64,000 nt of DNA, from positions 37,430 to 101,429 of the forward strand of contig MU619354.1 of the NCBI GenBank assembly GCA_025201805.1, read 5' to 3'. The translations under genes were made by a program, and so were the position numbers. Position 1 is the first letter of the stretch. Each line of letters begins with the position of its first letter. This stretch comes from Parasitella parasitica NRRL 2501. Lineage: Eukaryota > Fungi > Mucoromycota. Shown here piece after piece: positions 46,750-61,261 of this stretch. Below the pieces are notes generated by a model that saw only the letters and a program-made list of their open reading frames with translations, searched no databases and was not told the DNA's origin.

Positions 46750-49088
46750 ATGTCGTCCAAACAGAGGTCAATCAAGGACCACTTTAGGCCGCTAAAATCC
46801 AACGAGCTAGCTGAAATAGAACCCAACTTATACCCTCATTTTCAATCCAAAGCTGTTGCAAACAAGACAAACAAGACAAACAAGACAAACAAGAGAAAGC
46901 CCAAGCCATGGCTGCTGCCAGAAGCAACCAAAATACGACCACCACAGACTGTAGCAGCTGGTGCTATTGCTCCAAACTCTCAAGCGATGAAGAGTATCTT
47001 TGCTGCCACAGAAATCATCCAAAACGGATCCCGCACCAAAGAAGCCACGCAAACCCTGGATTCGATTATCGCGACATATACCACACAGTTCTACTTGAAT
47101 CAGAAAAGACGCAGAGAACAGAATCAGCCCTCTAGCCAGCCGAGACAAAGCCAGCCCATCAACTGCTCTCAACCGCTCAGTATGGAGGAAATCGAACACA
47201 AAATGAACGCCTATCACTCGATCGATTGGAAACAAGATCGCTGCTGTCGAGTTTTGTTTGGCCGGATACCAGATATACGGATGGCCGACAACAGGAGAAT
47301 CATGTGGCGAGATAAATATAGACCAGACACAGTAGAGGGGCTGCTTGGGTACTTTCCCGACTACGAGTATTTGAGAGATTGGCTCAACCAACTCAAGATC
47401 AAGAGCCCTACTGTATTGCCAGAGACTGCGGTTAAAAAGATCAAAAAGAGTGCAAGGAAAGACGACAAAGAGGCTATTTATAACCTCATGTTGTTTGTTG
47501 GTGGCCATGGACTGGGCAAGACAGCCGCAGTGTACACAGCTGCCAAAGAGGCTGGATATTCCGTTTTCGAAATCAACTCGAGTGCGCGGCGCTCAGGGCG
47601 AGATGTTACAGACAGTGTGGGAGAGATGACAGAAAGTCATTTGGTGCGATTCTGCAGCAATACCAACAAGAGAAAGCCACCCCGAGAGATTATCATTTTA
47701 AGGGACACTGTAAAGCCAAAAAAGCCAAAAACGATCGATATAGCACAGCATTTCAAAAAGATGCTCATTATGCAAAGTAGCAATGGACAAGTACAGGACC
47801 CAGCAGTTGAACCAACTCTTCCAGCAGCAGAAACAGACCCACCACTCTTGCCGCTGCCATCACCGCCGCAAAAGAACACTTTGGAAGCATTCTTTAAAAA
47901 AGCAAAGGAAAAGCAAGATCTTAGACTAGAGGAAATAGCAAATCAACCAAAGCAAAGCTTATTGCTGTTTGAGGAAGTGGACATCTTGTTTGAAGAAGAC
48001 AAGGGGTTCTGGCCAGCAATCATTGAGCTATGCCAAAAGAGCAAAAGGCCGATCATCATGACATGCAACGATGAAACCAAGGTACCGTTTGATTTTCTGA
48101 ACATACAATCCACTGTGTATTTTGAAAAAGCAATGACTCAGGAAGACCAAGCAAGGTTTATACAGTACGTACAACTCATTTGCTATGCAGAGAACTATTC
48201 GATCCCGAAACGAGAGATTAGCTACTTGTGTGAACTATGCGAATATGATACAAGAAAGATTATTGACATGTTACAGTTTTGGTTAAATGAAACATCAACA
48301 GACAGAAATGGACATCTTGTTTACCGGTGTTTGTTTGCTCATATAATGGGATTTTCAAATAGTTTATTTGCCAGGGATTATATGCAGCTGATGGATGGAT
48401 TGAAGGGATCCAGTAGCAAAACCATTGAGATATGTACAAGATACTATCATGAATACATGTTGGAGCAAGAGGACGCACAGCAAGAACAAGAGGTCATGCG
48501 AATACAAGATTTAACCCAAGCCATTGAAAATGCATGTTTTGCAGACGCATGGATTGGACTAAACAATAAGCATCGACATCAGGTGAGAACGGCTAGCTGT
48601 TTTATATTTACCAAAATAGAGGGATATTCATTGCCGACACTGTATAGCTGTATGATATCGACCAGTACAAATCGCTCCACGATGGTTACCACGGCAACGA
48701 CACTCGAATGATTTGCAAGAATGCAGCAGATCTAGACCATTGGGAATTAGGGGAGATTATGGACAATTCAATTACAGTGATGAATATAGCGACAATCATT
48801 AAAAGGAAAGGTTGGCGTAACCAACTATCGTATTGGGAAAATTTGTGCTACACAAGGCAGCTCTATTCTGTTGATTGTTTAATTGCTTGTAAACACATTA
48901 TACAACAGCAGAACAATCCTGAATTAATCATGTCTCAGTACATGCCTTATATTCGCAGTTTAGCAATGTATGACCAAGGTGTAGCTGGAAAAGGACGTAC
49001 CGCAAGAACCAGAAAACGACAACGATATTTACAATTATCTGATGAATCAAGAGACATAATTAACTGGCAACAGCATACGACTATGTAA
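46750..49088 (+). CDS. ELG1: Elg1/ATAD5 RFC-like AAA+ PCNA unloader subunit
   Basis: WRDKYRP, Walker A GGHGLGKTAAVY, FEINSSARRSG, LLFEEVDILFEEDKGFW, SKRPIIMTCN. One intron near 48583-48648. Confidence 0.9.
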
Positions 49089-49135
49089 AAGAACAAGCCT
49101 CCCATCTTGTTTATAAGAGTGCTCATCCCTCCCCT

Positions 49136-49136
<1 letters not shown>

Positions 49137-49176
<40 letters not shown>
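49137..49176 (+). repeat. (CA)20 microsatellite
   Basis: Direct reading; lies in the ~200 bp ELG1/RhoGAP spacer. Confidence 0.95.
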
Positions 49177-49179
<3 letters not shown>

Positions 49180-49293
49180 CCCCTTGTTTTTTAAATATTT
49201 GCATTTGAATAAAATGGATCAAAAAAGTCTCTTTTCCTTCTTCTTCTTTTCTTCTTTCTTTCTTTCTCTACTTTTCTTTTTCTACCACATTAA

Positions 49294-52200
49294 ATGCTGA
49301 ATGATAAAACTGCAAATCAATTGAATCTACATAAAAAGACATTTCCAGTATGTCCTAAATGTAATGCAACCTGTCCAGCATCGAGTTCGGTTGTGAGAGC
49401 ATTTAACCAAGTGTACCACTACAATTGTTTTGTTTGTGAGGTATAGAAGAAAAAAGACTCCTTCCCCTTAAAAAATCAAAAAAAGGCGTCAAGAGGGAGA
49501 CTGATCTAAATTTCTAATAGGATTGTCTCAAACCCGTAGCAGATAAATATTATCCTCACACCAGCAAAAAAAAGGCAGTTTTATGTGAGCAGCATCACCT
49601 TGACCGATCTGGACCAGTCTGCTCAGCTTGCAACACATCCATACTACAACATAAATGCAGCGCATGTTCTGAATGTGTTACACTGAATACAAATCAATAC
49701 GAGTTTAAAGGCCAAACGTACTGCCGACTACATTATTCGATGATTGAACAAACACACTGCGCTGGCTGCGATCAAGCGATTCTCAAGCAGTTCGTGGAGC
49801 ATGCAGACTTACCGAACCAGATCTGGCATCCTGAATGCTATATGATTTACAAATTCTGGGGCGCCAAATTAGCCCCCAAAAAGTGCACAGCACAGCAACA
49901 AGACATCATAACCACACAGATTCAGACCGACAAGAAAGTAACGCGCGTGTGGACTGATTTATCGTCATTCGAAGAATCATCTGCCAATTGTATATCAGAC
50001 ATGCTACTGAATGTAGCTGCTGGTGCGTACAGCGAAGGTGTTCGTATGGCCAACCAGTTCATCATGCATTTGCAAGTGCTTTTCAACGCCTTGGATGCAA
50101 TCGAACAGACAAGGCAACAAGGTACTATACAGATTATAACAAAAATGACAACATGCATTTAATATGTCTGCTAGAATTGCACTGCAATAACGAAGCCAAC
50201 CTCATATGCCAGCAAATGATTCGATTTTTCCAACTATTGACTGCACCACCCAGCGAAGCTTCAATCACCCAAGATTTGTTATCACTTGTCACTGGACTAG
50301 CGCAGAACCTAAAATCACTGATTCGAGTTGGATTATCCGCTGCACTAAACTTGGTAAGGAATTTTTCACCCTTTTTAACCATTGTTAAACAACAAGAAGA
50401 AACAATAAAATTCATTTTTAATTCATCTCTAAAATATTTATATACTACATGTAAATCATTAAGGAACGAGAATTTGATGTTCAAAATGCGATACCCCAAT
50501 TTCTAAATCAATTACTGGAACTGGAAAAGAAGCGAGTGTGGATCGCAGGAAGATACTGGTTTAAGGATCCACCAGCAACCACCGCCGCCACTCAACCAAG
50601 CGACATCTGCTCCCAATGCCAAGCCCCCATCCAAGAAACAGACTGCTACTCAGCCCACCAGCTGCAATGGCACCCATCCTGCTTCCAGTGCTCGCACTGT
50701 CATGTCGCGCTCAACGAAACTAGTGCTCTGGTGCTGGACGGTGCTCTCCACTGCCAATCATGCTGTCAACTGGATGCAACTCATCCTTCCATAGCGCAAT
50801 GTACACACGTAAGTCTGCTGCAGCACAACCTGAATCGTCTGCGGGTTTATTTAGCCACTTTGACCTCTTCCACAACCAAAGACGCTGCTTCTCCTGTAAT
50901 AACTGCAAATGATTTAAACGGAGGTAACAATCAAATCAACTCAGAGAAGTCATGCATAACAACGATTTTTAACCCATAAACACAAAATAGCTAAAATATC
51001 GCCACACCAAACATTTATACCCGAGACAAAGAGGCAAAGATCCATTCTGCGTGTGCTTGGCAGCCGACAACAGCAGCAACGGCCGAATCGACTGAATTCG
51101 GTGCACTTGGGCCAGATTGGACGCACGTCCTCCACTACTTTGAAAGACTCGGCGTCGTCATCCATAGGCAAAAAGAAAGGAGACCTCATAATTTGCACAG
51201 ACACCTCGCACGCTTCGACTAGTCCACAGCAGCATCGGTCTTCATTTACGGCACTATCATCACCCATATCACCTGTAGTATCACCAGCAACAACCAAAGG
51301 AGGGAAATTCACACAAAGCCTGAGACGCACATTCAGCTCAAGCAGCCAATACACTGGCAAATACCGGCCTTCTCTGTACAGCGTGTTCCAGTCAAAGAAA
51401 CGAGAGCCGCGCCGTGCTTCTGTGCTCACCATTGACGAGGCTGGGCGCACATCGCACAAATACGTGCAATTAACAACGCTGACGCCTTCACAGAATTTCA
51501 TTGTTCGCCATGCGGCTGTCATTGCCATGGAACCACTCGTCAATGCCACGTTCTCGCTGGATGAGCTGATTGACATGATAGACGATAAAAGAAAGAAGAA
51601 GCGCAAGGCAAACCACCAGTTCACACACTCACAAAACCCTGCTTCAGCGCTATGGGGAAAACTGATCACCCATATCAAAGCTTCATCTTCTACTGCCGCC
51701 CTTGCCGCTGCTGCCTTGACGACGAAATCTGACACACATGACACCAAAACATTCGGCGTAGCATTAGCCACGGTTGCCGAACGAGATCACGATCGCTTCA
51801 TACAGGAACAGCAGCAGCAGCAACAGCAGCAGCACAAACAAGTAGACGACGGCGTAACGCTGAGAGACTACACGCCAGCCCTGGCTGCAAGCTTCTCAGA
51901 TAATGCATTGATTCCTATTTTTGTCAAGAGTTGCATTATGGTTATTCTACAATCAGGTATGTAAATATTTAAATATATAGTGTATGGTATATTTATAGTC
52001 ATCTTACACGTACATATGTATACATCATACATTACAGACATGTCGATTGAAGGAGTATTTCGTAAGAATGGCAATATTCGTCAACTTAGGACACTTTCAG
52101 AATCTATCGATCGACTCAAGTCAGCAAGCACTATGGAGAAGCTGCTGGAGAATCAAAATGCCATTCAACTGGCAGCGCTGATCAAGCGATACCTGCGAGA

Positions 52201-52929
52201 GCTTCCAGAGCCCTTGTTGACATTTTCACTGTACAAACTGTTTGTTCAGAGCGCACGCATCGTGGGAGACCAAGAGCGTAGGAAAAAGGTACTTCATCTT
52301 GCATGCTGCCTGCTACCAAAACCCAACCGCGACACAGTTATGATGCTGTTCTGCTGCCTAAAGTGGGTGTCGAGTTTTAGTGACACTAACAAGATGGATA
52401 TTCCTAACCTGGCACGTGTGATTGCTCCTAGCGTTTTATTTGAAAGACCTTCTCAGACATCCAATATATCTGTTGCTGCTTCTGCTGCAGTTGATCTTCG
52501 TTTAGGGGCCCAGGAAGAAATTAACGTGATTGAGACTCTGATACGAGAAGTGGACGAGCTGTCGATTGTAAGTAGCACTATAGCCATTGGGGAGGAATGT
52601 GTGATAGACTAACGCGCTTATAGATACCTTCTGATTTGACAATATTCACGCTGCACGACATCAACCAAGACATGGCTGATCTGAACTCGAGGTACTTTGT
52701 ATACCACTACCGGCAGCTGCTGGCTGAAATGAAGAATCCGAAATCAAAGAGTGAAACCAATAGCCCTGTGTCGCCAACAGGCACTTCCAGAAAACTGACA
52801 CAATCAACCTTGTTATTAAAACATCACATTGGATTGCCAAAATCATCCACCTTTAATAGCAATCATTCCCCGTCAGCTACCCCTCCTTCAAAACAAAGAA
52901 GGACATCTTGGATACCCGGGTTAAAGTAG
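49294..52929 (+). CDS. LIM-domain Rho GTPase-activating protein (Lrg1/Rga1-like), multi-exon
   Basis: LIM motifs (CPKC..YHYNCFVC, CAGCDQAILKQFVE..WHPECYMI, CSQC..WHPSCFQCSHC) and RhoGAP (EGVFRKNGNIR, AALIKRYLRELPEPLLTF, NKMDIPNLARVIAP). Confidence 0.9.
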
Positions 52930-53973
52930 AGATTTTCAATCATTATTTCATATTACAAAAAAAAACAAAAAAACAAAAAAAAAAAACTGTATTTCTTATT
53001 TTATTCTTTATTATTCATTTATTTCACTATAGTATTATTAATATGTATACCTTTCCATTTTCTTTTTTATAAAGCATTTGTATTTTTTTTTTTTTCTTTT
53101 TCTTTTTTTTTCTCTGTATGTCTGTAATTTTTCTCTGGCGATCTGGAATAAATAGCAAATCATAATATGCACCGATTTATTTTATTGAAAGTGTAGAATA
53201 CATATTTTTCTACCCCTTGATTGTCCATTGTTACGATATGAAGCGCTATATTTAACTTCATTTCCTTGTTTTGGTAAAACGCCTTATGATAGGTCATCTA
53301 GACTACTGTACGAGACTTTCTGATTTCATTGTATTATATTTTATGTGAGGGGTTGACGTTGCACGGCCGAAGGAAAGCAGGCTTTTTGGCGCTAAACTTG
53401 CACTATGTTGCATGCACATAATGTGAACTGTGCCAAACAAAAGCACAAAGGCTGCGTAAAATATACAAATGTATGTGAAAATGTCATTTGCTATGTACCG
53501 TAATGGCATGTGTACTCCAAAAATGTCGGCTTCATAAAAAAAAAAAAAAAAAGCCTCATCAGAGTTTCACCAAATGCACTTTGTTGACAGTGAATTCAAG
53601 TCCATTCTTCAACTTCACAAATATTTTGTAGGTACTGCATTCTATCCTTTATTAAGGCAAATCCCGCCCATGTAGAGACATCACCATCGAGGCTTTTATT
53701 GCAGGGAACAGATCACGAAATATTGTTTGTATCAGCATATAGCCCAGAGCTCTAAAAGCTAGTCTTGGCAGCATTTTACTGCTTTGATTCGATTTGGCCC
53801 TATGAATGACAGGAAGAATTTGTGTTTTTGACATCATTTAGTTTTTCAAAGATCTTGCCAAGATATGTCGACAATCTACCTCTTTCTATGCTTGTAATGA
53901 GCGATCAACGCTCTTTTAGCTTTATTTATGCCAAAAAAAAAAAAGCATACATAAATTAAATTTCTATTATAGT

Positions 53974-56382
53974 CTACATGGCTTCACTTATTAAAGTAAA
54001 TACATTCTTATAAATATCCAGCATGGCCTTGCATCTATCCCTTTCTGAAGCCACGGCTGGGTCTTCCTTCAACAAATCATCAAATAAATCCTCACGATAC
54101 AAAGAAGAAACAAGTCGATTTTGTACATTCTCTTTGGTAAAATTGACGAGTAGATGCATAATTGCTTTAGGAACCGAGTCTTGAATCGATTTACAAACAA
54201 TATTGAAATATGCTGTTATTAAATAACCTTAAGGAGGAGGATTAGCATTTAACCTAATTCATGTGTTTATGGACTTACGGATCAGTTCAACTTCTTTGTC
54301 ATCTCTTTCAGTGATTTTGAATTTGATATTGCCATCCAATTCCGTCGACAAAGATGATGTTGTCTTTGAGAAATGCTGTTCCTGATCCTCATCAACAGAC
54401 AAAAGTTGCGATAGTCCTGTTGGTTTTACGTTGTTGCTGGTGTTGCCAAAGAAAAGATTCAAAAAAGAGTCTTTAGGCGGTGTTGATGTGGAAGTAGAAG
54501 AGGCAATCGACGTAATGGACATGGAACGAGCGGATTTGTTGTGTACCTCTGGACCCGAAGCAAGCAACATTTGCTGACGAGCAAGTCTCTTTTTCTCTGC
54601 CTTTTCTTCTTCTTTGTGCTTCTTTTGCATCTCCATCATAGCACCAGAAGCTCCAGGAAAATCGGGATGGTTAGTGTTGATGTAAGCACACTGGATAGCA
54701 ATAAGACTTTGAATATACTCTGAAGAAGGGCTCAATCTTTCTTGGAGTAAATCAGACACCACTTCAACCAATTTCGTATGAAGCTTAGGGAATCGAGTGA
54801 TCTCCTTACTGCCACAAGTGTGACAGATCTTGGACAGTTCTTCGTAAGCTAGATCAACACATCGCAAACTAGGTGCTTCCAGTAGTTTGATTTGGGGCCG
54901 CACCAGCAGATCGAATGCGATTTCAGGTACGAATAGAGAACAGCGAGGACCTTTTGAATTTCTGATAGCTGTACGAATGTCCTCGTCTGTCAAGTTGGCG
55001 CATGGATAAATGCCGTCAAGCGCATGTCTAAAGATTGAGTTGAATATGAAATAGATGCGTGCTCCTCCCGATAGCTCTTTTGTTGAGATAGAGGAGGATG
55101 TACCATCGATCGATGACACAAATTCAGTTGAATACATTGTTAACAATTTCAAAATGAGCGAGCCCTAGTGTATTGGATTTAGATATTTAGTGTTCTTTCG
55201 ATACATTCGTACACACGTTACTCGATGAACTGAGCCAGTAAAAGCAGGATCCCCATATTGTGATAATTCATGCTGTGCTTGGCCTATTAATGAGCTTGTC
55301 TTTGAGCGAAGATCAGGTAATTTCTCTCGGATACGATTGACGAGGACTTGGTGCAGCTGTTTGCTCAAATATGCCGATCCACATCTTTGAGATATACTTC
55401 TGTAAACAGTATGGCTTTGAAAGAACAGCTTTTCTGACTGAATAGCATCCTGCATTGATTTACTGATGATAATATCTTGTTGACTCCGGTTGACTACAGC
55501 AATAAAGCCCATTTTCAACGGATACGACTTTCCTGTTAGCACATCTAATGCATGTGTTCCGGTATCCATCAAATCCAACTTTGTCAATACACCCATTGTT
55601 CTCTTTCCTGACGGATCTACGTGCTTTGCGAGCTTCAGACTATCGGAGTTGGCTAAATCAGCGTTTGCAGGGGTCACCGCCAAAATGATGCTATACAATA
55701 CAGCGCGAAATGGTTACTACCCTCTGTGCTATCCGGCAGATATATAAATTTTACCTATTGGCCTTGGAGATATAGTCTAGGACCAGTGTTCTAATCTGGA
55801 CATCAATATCCTGTGGCTGATCCCCTAACAAAACAATACGTTATATGAACTTGCAGCTTTGCATCGAACGTCCATATCAATTATACCTATTGGAAACTAC
55901 ATGGAATTAATTATTACTGAACCACATACATCCACGCCCATATACAAAAGTCTTACCTTTGTCAATCCCGGTAAATCAATCAGCGTCAAATTCAATACGC
56001 TTTTCGAGTATATTTTAAGGTTGATAGGCTTTCTCGAGATCCCTTTATTGCTCCCAGCAATACGATCAGTTTCGTTTACAATTTCTTGTCGAACTTGGTT
56101 GAAATCGTATATCTTTTGGTTTGGTAAATGCAGAAATTCGGCATAATCATCTTGACTCCCGTTTCGAATTGTGATGAGCTGTAATACTAAAGGTCGTCTG
56201 GTTACAATGCCACTTCCTCTAGGTAAGAAATCGCGTTGAACAATGTGTTCCAAGACGGATGATTTTCCAGAGCTTTGTTCACCCACAGTGATGATTTGGG
56301 GCAAGTCTAGGCTTTCATGGCCACCAATTGTAATAAAGGCATCTTGGATTTTGTTTATCAGCTCGATGCTAGTATCCGACAT
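53974..56382 (-). CDS. DNM1: Dynamin-related GTPase Dnm1/Drp1 type
   Basis: [55 protein letters not shown], and GED with [11 protein letters not shown]. Confidence 0.9.
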
Positions 56383-56489
56383 GTGTTTTATAAAAGAGAG
56401 AGAGAGAAAGAAAGAGAGAAGAAAAGATGACAAGAGCCTTTTTTTTGTTTTCTTTTTTATTTCCCCACAAAAATATTGGCATTTTAAAA

Positions 56490-57389
56490 TCAAGCACCAG
56501 AGCTGTCTTTGTTGTGATCACCACTGAGCAATCTGTGAAACTCTGAGTGCGATTGATCCATTTCAAACAGCATTTGTCTAGCTTGCTCCTCTGTGATTTC
56601 ATCGCTTGCTTTCATAGAGTGTAGTGTAATCAGCCATTGGCGAACTTTTTGTTTGCCCTCAAAATCTGCTGATAGCCCAGGGACATTGTTTAATGATTGG
56701 ATTAAATCTGCGAGAATTGGATGCAGTTCATCGACGGCGTATCTGTTTAGACGAAGTGTATCCATTAGTGTAATGAAATGGAGTACGCTTTCTGCGATAT
56801 ATTTAGCTGATTTTGCGACATCTTTAGTATTGTCTCCGATAGCGTGCTCGTAGGTTGCGGGTACTCCAATTTTAAACCTATTTACTGCTGCAGGACAAGA
56901 TAACTGCATAAATCCAAGAATTCAGTAACCATGGCAACAACTGTATATGATTGACTATTTACTTTATAATCATTCATAAATGTCTCTAGATTATCGACCG
57001 AATCTGATAAGAAACTCATTGTCGTTTTGTATTTTGCAATCAAGTTTGCACTTTGAGGTGTATATTCATCGGCTGTGATGGAATCTCGAATAAATGCTTT
57101 TTCCAAATGCTCCATCAATACAATGATCGAGTATAAATCTGCCATATTGTCATACTTGTCTCTCTCTTTATTATTTGTAAACAGCTTGATTTCCTAATAA
57201 TATGATTTAATGATCGCATTTGGCTTATAACTTTCTTGTAATATACTTCGTCAAGGTTAAGATCTAACAATTCATTCCAGATTAGTAATTCATAATACAA
57301 TGACAAAAAAGAAAAATAATTTTACTTGGTGATTTGCCCAAGTAACTTGGAGCATACTGTGGTACTTGTGAGTTAGTTGGAGAATCCAT
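56490..57389 (-). CDS. VPS28: ESCRT-I subunit Vps28
   Basis: [61 protein letters not shown]. Confidence 0.95.
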
Positions 57390-57577
57390 TTTTGAAGAAG
57401 AAGAATAAAAAAAAAAAAAGAGAGATTTGAGAACACGTTATCTATTGAGAGAGTCAAATGTGTTATCCTCGCACTATAGCTATCATTGGTCAGTTGCAAC
57501 CGTCATAAACCAAACTCCCCTGTATCCTGAAAACATCAACCCTCATCAATTTTTCTTTTTAAAATTAATAATATACC

Positions 57578-58180
57578 ATGAACAGACCTTTGGGTAGTTT
57601 CGGGGGTCAACAGAACAATGGGATGTCTCTTCAAGAACAGCAAACAATTAGAATGATGCAAGGGTTGATGGAATCTTGCGTTGTGAAAACTGCAATGTCT
57701 GGTGTAGCAGGTATAAAAGAAGAGTCATCTAATGTCGAAATTATGTATTAATGTCGAGATCAGGCTTTGGTATGGGTGCAGCGTTTGGTTTATTCATGTC
57801 ATCTTTTGAATATGCGGGCCCTACAGTAAATGAGGAATTGGTGAAACAAACCACAAAACAACAGATCAAACATGCATTCAAAGATATGGGTACAAGATCA
57901 TTATCGATGGCAAAGAATTTCGGTATGGTTGGCATGATTTATTCTGGGTCAGAGTGCTGCATTGAATCAGTAAGTCTCTTCAATAGATGTACATGATTTT
58001 ATCGCTGATATGTATGTGTGATAGTATCGAGCCAAAAATGATTTAACAAACAGTGTGGCAGCAGGTGCCTTCACAGGTGGTCTTTTAGCTGCCAAGGCAG
58101 GACCCCAAGCGATGGCTCTAGGTGCAGGCGGTTTCGCCTTGTTCTCATTAGCCATTGATTGGTATATGCACCGTGATTAG
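57578..58180 (+). CDS. TIM22: Mitochondrial inner membrane translocase Tim22
   Basis: [51 protein letters not shown]. Confidence 0.95.
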
Positions 58181-58244
58181 CTTGTGTATATTAAAAATTT
58201 AGATGTTGTAATATAGGAAAATAGTAATAAAACGATAAATGGGT

Positions 58245-59610
58245 TTATTCAGTCTTTAATTCATTGCAGACTGCCAAGATGGCTTTTGCAACAGTTGCAA
58301 AGTCTGTTTCATCTGTATACACTTGCGCACTAAGTCGAGTATACCAAATATTGTTATGCTTATAGACGGGTGCCATACAGTTGTGTTCATACAACAATTT
58401 ATCAATAAACAATCCAATGATCTCGGCATCCGAGAGGTTGACGTTTTGTAATGGTATTTCAACATTCACCATGGCAACTGTCAAAGTTTGGTCAGAATTT
58501 TCCATGACCTTGGTGCCCAAAATATCAGCTGCAATAGCTCCACCCTTGACAGCTAAATCGTGGCAGTACTTCATAATGGCTTCTTCCCCTCCCAACGACT
58601 GTCTGAAATCAACAGCTAAATTATTTGTGAGCATACCTTGATTAATCCCGTATGTATATATATATTTACCTGCTTCAATGCACATGAAATTCGAAAAATC
58701 TGCTGTTCCTGGCCAAGCAAACTCGTCCTGAAAAGATACTGTTTTGTCGGCGGGATCACTATGATCTGCGTAGGCAGAGTTGATAATAGCAGGATGTATC
58801 AAACGCTGATTTCTAAAAGGTACGTAGAGTACAGCGCATCCTCTGGGTGCAAAGAGCCATTTGTGGCAGTTGGTAATGAAGAAATCAGGGTCAGCTTCAT
58901 GTAGATTCAAAGGAATTTGGCCTATGGCATGTGCCCCATCCACTAAACTCAAGATGCCATATGCACGCACCAGTCTGACAGCTGATTCGAATGGGAATCT
59001 CACAGCTGGCACAGAACTAATAGCATCCATAAAACAAAGCTTAATTTTACCATCTCCTTTACTATTCTCACGCTCAATAGTTCCCTTGATAGTTGCCAGG
59101 ACTTCATGATCATTCAAAGGATATGCGAGGTCAATGCGAATAAGAGAAAGCTTTTCCGAGTTTTTGATGAACTTTATGGTGCTCTCCACGGAATTGTATG
59201 CTGTATTAAACTAGTATACGTAATCAGTAGTATATGATTAGATTTGGGTCATGCTTTACGAAATGTTTCTTCTTTTCACATACGTATATGATCTTATCGC
59301 CTGCTTCTAACGGTAAACTTCTAGCTACTGTATTAATGCCCGTCATAGCATTGAACACATATACAAGCTCATTGGGGTCAGCATGTACCAGATCTGCTAG
59401 TACCTTTTTGTTCCTTTCTAGCACTGGAAACATTTCGCGTCGTAACCAACGGTCAGGATTTACCTCAGATTTAAGACGAAGATCTTCCAAGACAGGTAAC
59501 AATGATCTAGGGATGGAGCCATAAGATCCATGGTTCAGTGAAGTATATGAAGATTCCAGCAAGAATTGAGGCCGAAGGCTTCTGCCAAAACTAACTGTTC
59601 CTTGAGCCAT
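58245..59610 (-). CDS. Class V PLP enzyme, hercynylcysteine sulfoxide lyase (Egt2)/cysteine desulfhydrase-like
   Basis: LNHGSYG, NAMTGINTV, VDGAHAIGQ, NCHKWLFAPRG (PLP lysine), WPGTADFS, RLSAQVY. Confidence 0.88.
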
Positions 59611-61261
59611 GAAAAATAAGTTAGAGAAAATGAGTAAAGTAGTCGCCAGAAGCATCAGATTTAGGCCTGCTTTTAGCCTGGAGCTTGTAATGATGACAAA
59701 AGGAAGGCGAACTATGGAAAAAGTAGTCTAAATAGTAAAACTTTTTCATTTCATTCATTTTTTAATGCAGCTCTTAAAGATAAATTGCATGGCGTAATTT
59801 AATGCATACAAAGTGTAAACAAATTGTGCTTTGCATTCCATCATATACAACAAATAATGCGCACTAGTGAATAAATTTCATTAAGCTCAGAAAATTTCGG
59901 ATGCATCACTTTCAACTTCTTTAAAAGCTTGCAGTTGACTGATCTGAGAATTTTTCTAATAATTGATGTTCCCATATTGTTGTTAGCGATGAAAGAATAA
60001 CCCCTCACCTTCAAAAACACAGCAAATAAAAAACAAATAGATTGAATTATGTAAATATCCAAATTACTATCAATAATCAGTAGTTGTTATTCCCCTTATT
60101 TTATTTTGTAGGTGAAACAGCCTAAACATTATAAGGATCGAAATGACCCACACACCCATGGAAAAGACTCTCAACTAGGCTATATTTGCAACAATAAAAT
60201 CGCAATAGTAAATAAATAAGCCTCTAAAATACTCGCGTAACACAAAAACTGATTCAACTTGGCATCAATGTTCAATAGATCGTGACAAACTTGAAGGTGC
60301 TGTGGGTTTTATGCAAAAGAGCAAATATTTGTGCTACTGCCAATTACTCCGCGCTTGAAAGTTGATTTTCACTCAATAAATAAGGAAATAGCACTGGAAG
60401 AGTGCAAACGATCGGAAGGTTCTGATTTTAATGAATTGGGTTTTTCCCTTGTACGAAAAAATAACATTTATACTAACGCCAATGTTAATATTGGCATATT
60501 TATTTGATTTGTTTTTGGAGATATGTAAACAATCACAGGCATAAAACGAAATTATATGTCTCTTTACTCTCATAACAGTATACGAAAATTTGGTTTTCAA
60601 AATGTGATTATCACCTAAGCATAACAATAGAAAGACACAATGGCAGTTGAGAACAATGACCACAAAATCAATATAATTGCCTTTCGATTTTCGTAGAATT
60701 GTTAGTCTGTACACTGTTTCACAATGGTATCAGATGAAGAGCTATAATAATAGCATTAATTCAAAGACAATATGTTTTTTTTTAACGTATATGTGCGGCT
60801 TTAATTGTCCTAATTCATTTGTATAATATTGCAATGTATAAGCAAACGCAAGGGGCACTTATGACTACTAATATATGTTCAGGTATACTCTTTAACACTG
60901 TAACGCTAATCCAAACTTTTTGGAAAGATCGGATGAGAACAAATCAAGAAATTTAGTAAATTACCAAATCAAGCATTATATTTTCACTTGACTAGGTGTT
61001 ACCTGAAGTAACAGACACAAATCACGAGAAAGACATAGCCTGAAAAATGACAGTTCTTTCCTAAACATCCATTACAATCTCATACCAAATTTTTCATTTT
61101 ACACAAACCTGAACATATATATTTATTTACTATTTGGGTTCCCAAATCAATAAGTGAGAAAATTCATGACAAACTGGTATTTCGTGTGAATCCAGTATTC
61201 TCATAAGCATATATATATAGGGAGAGATTTGATCATGTATTTTGACATTCAGTATTACTTG

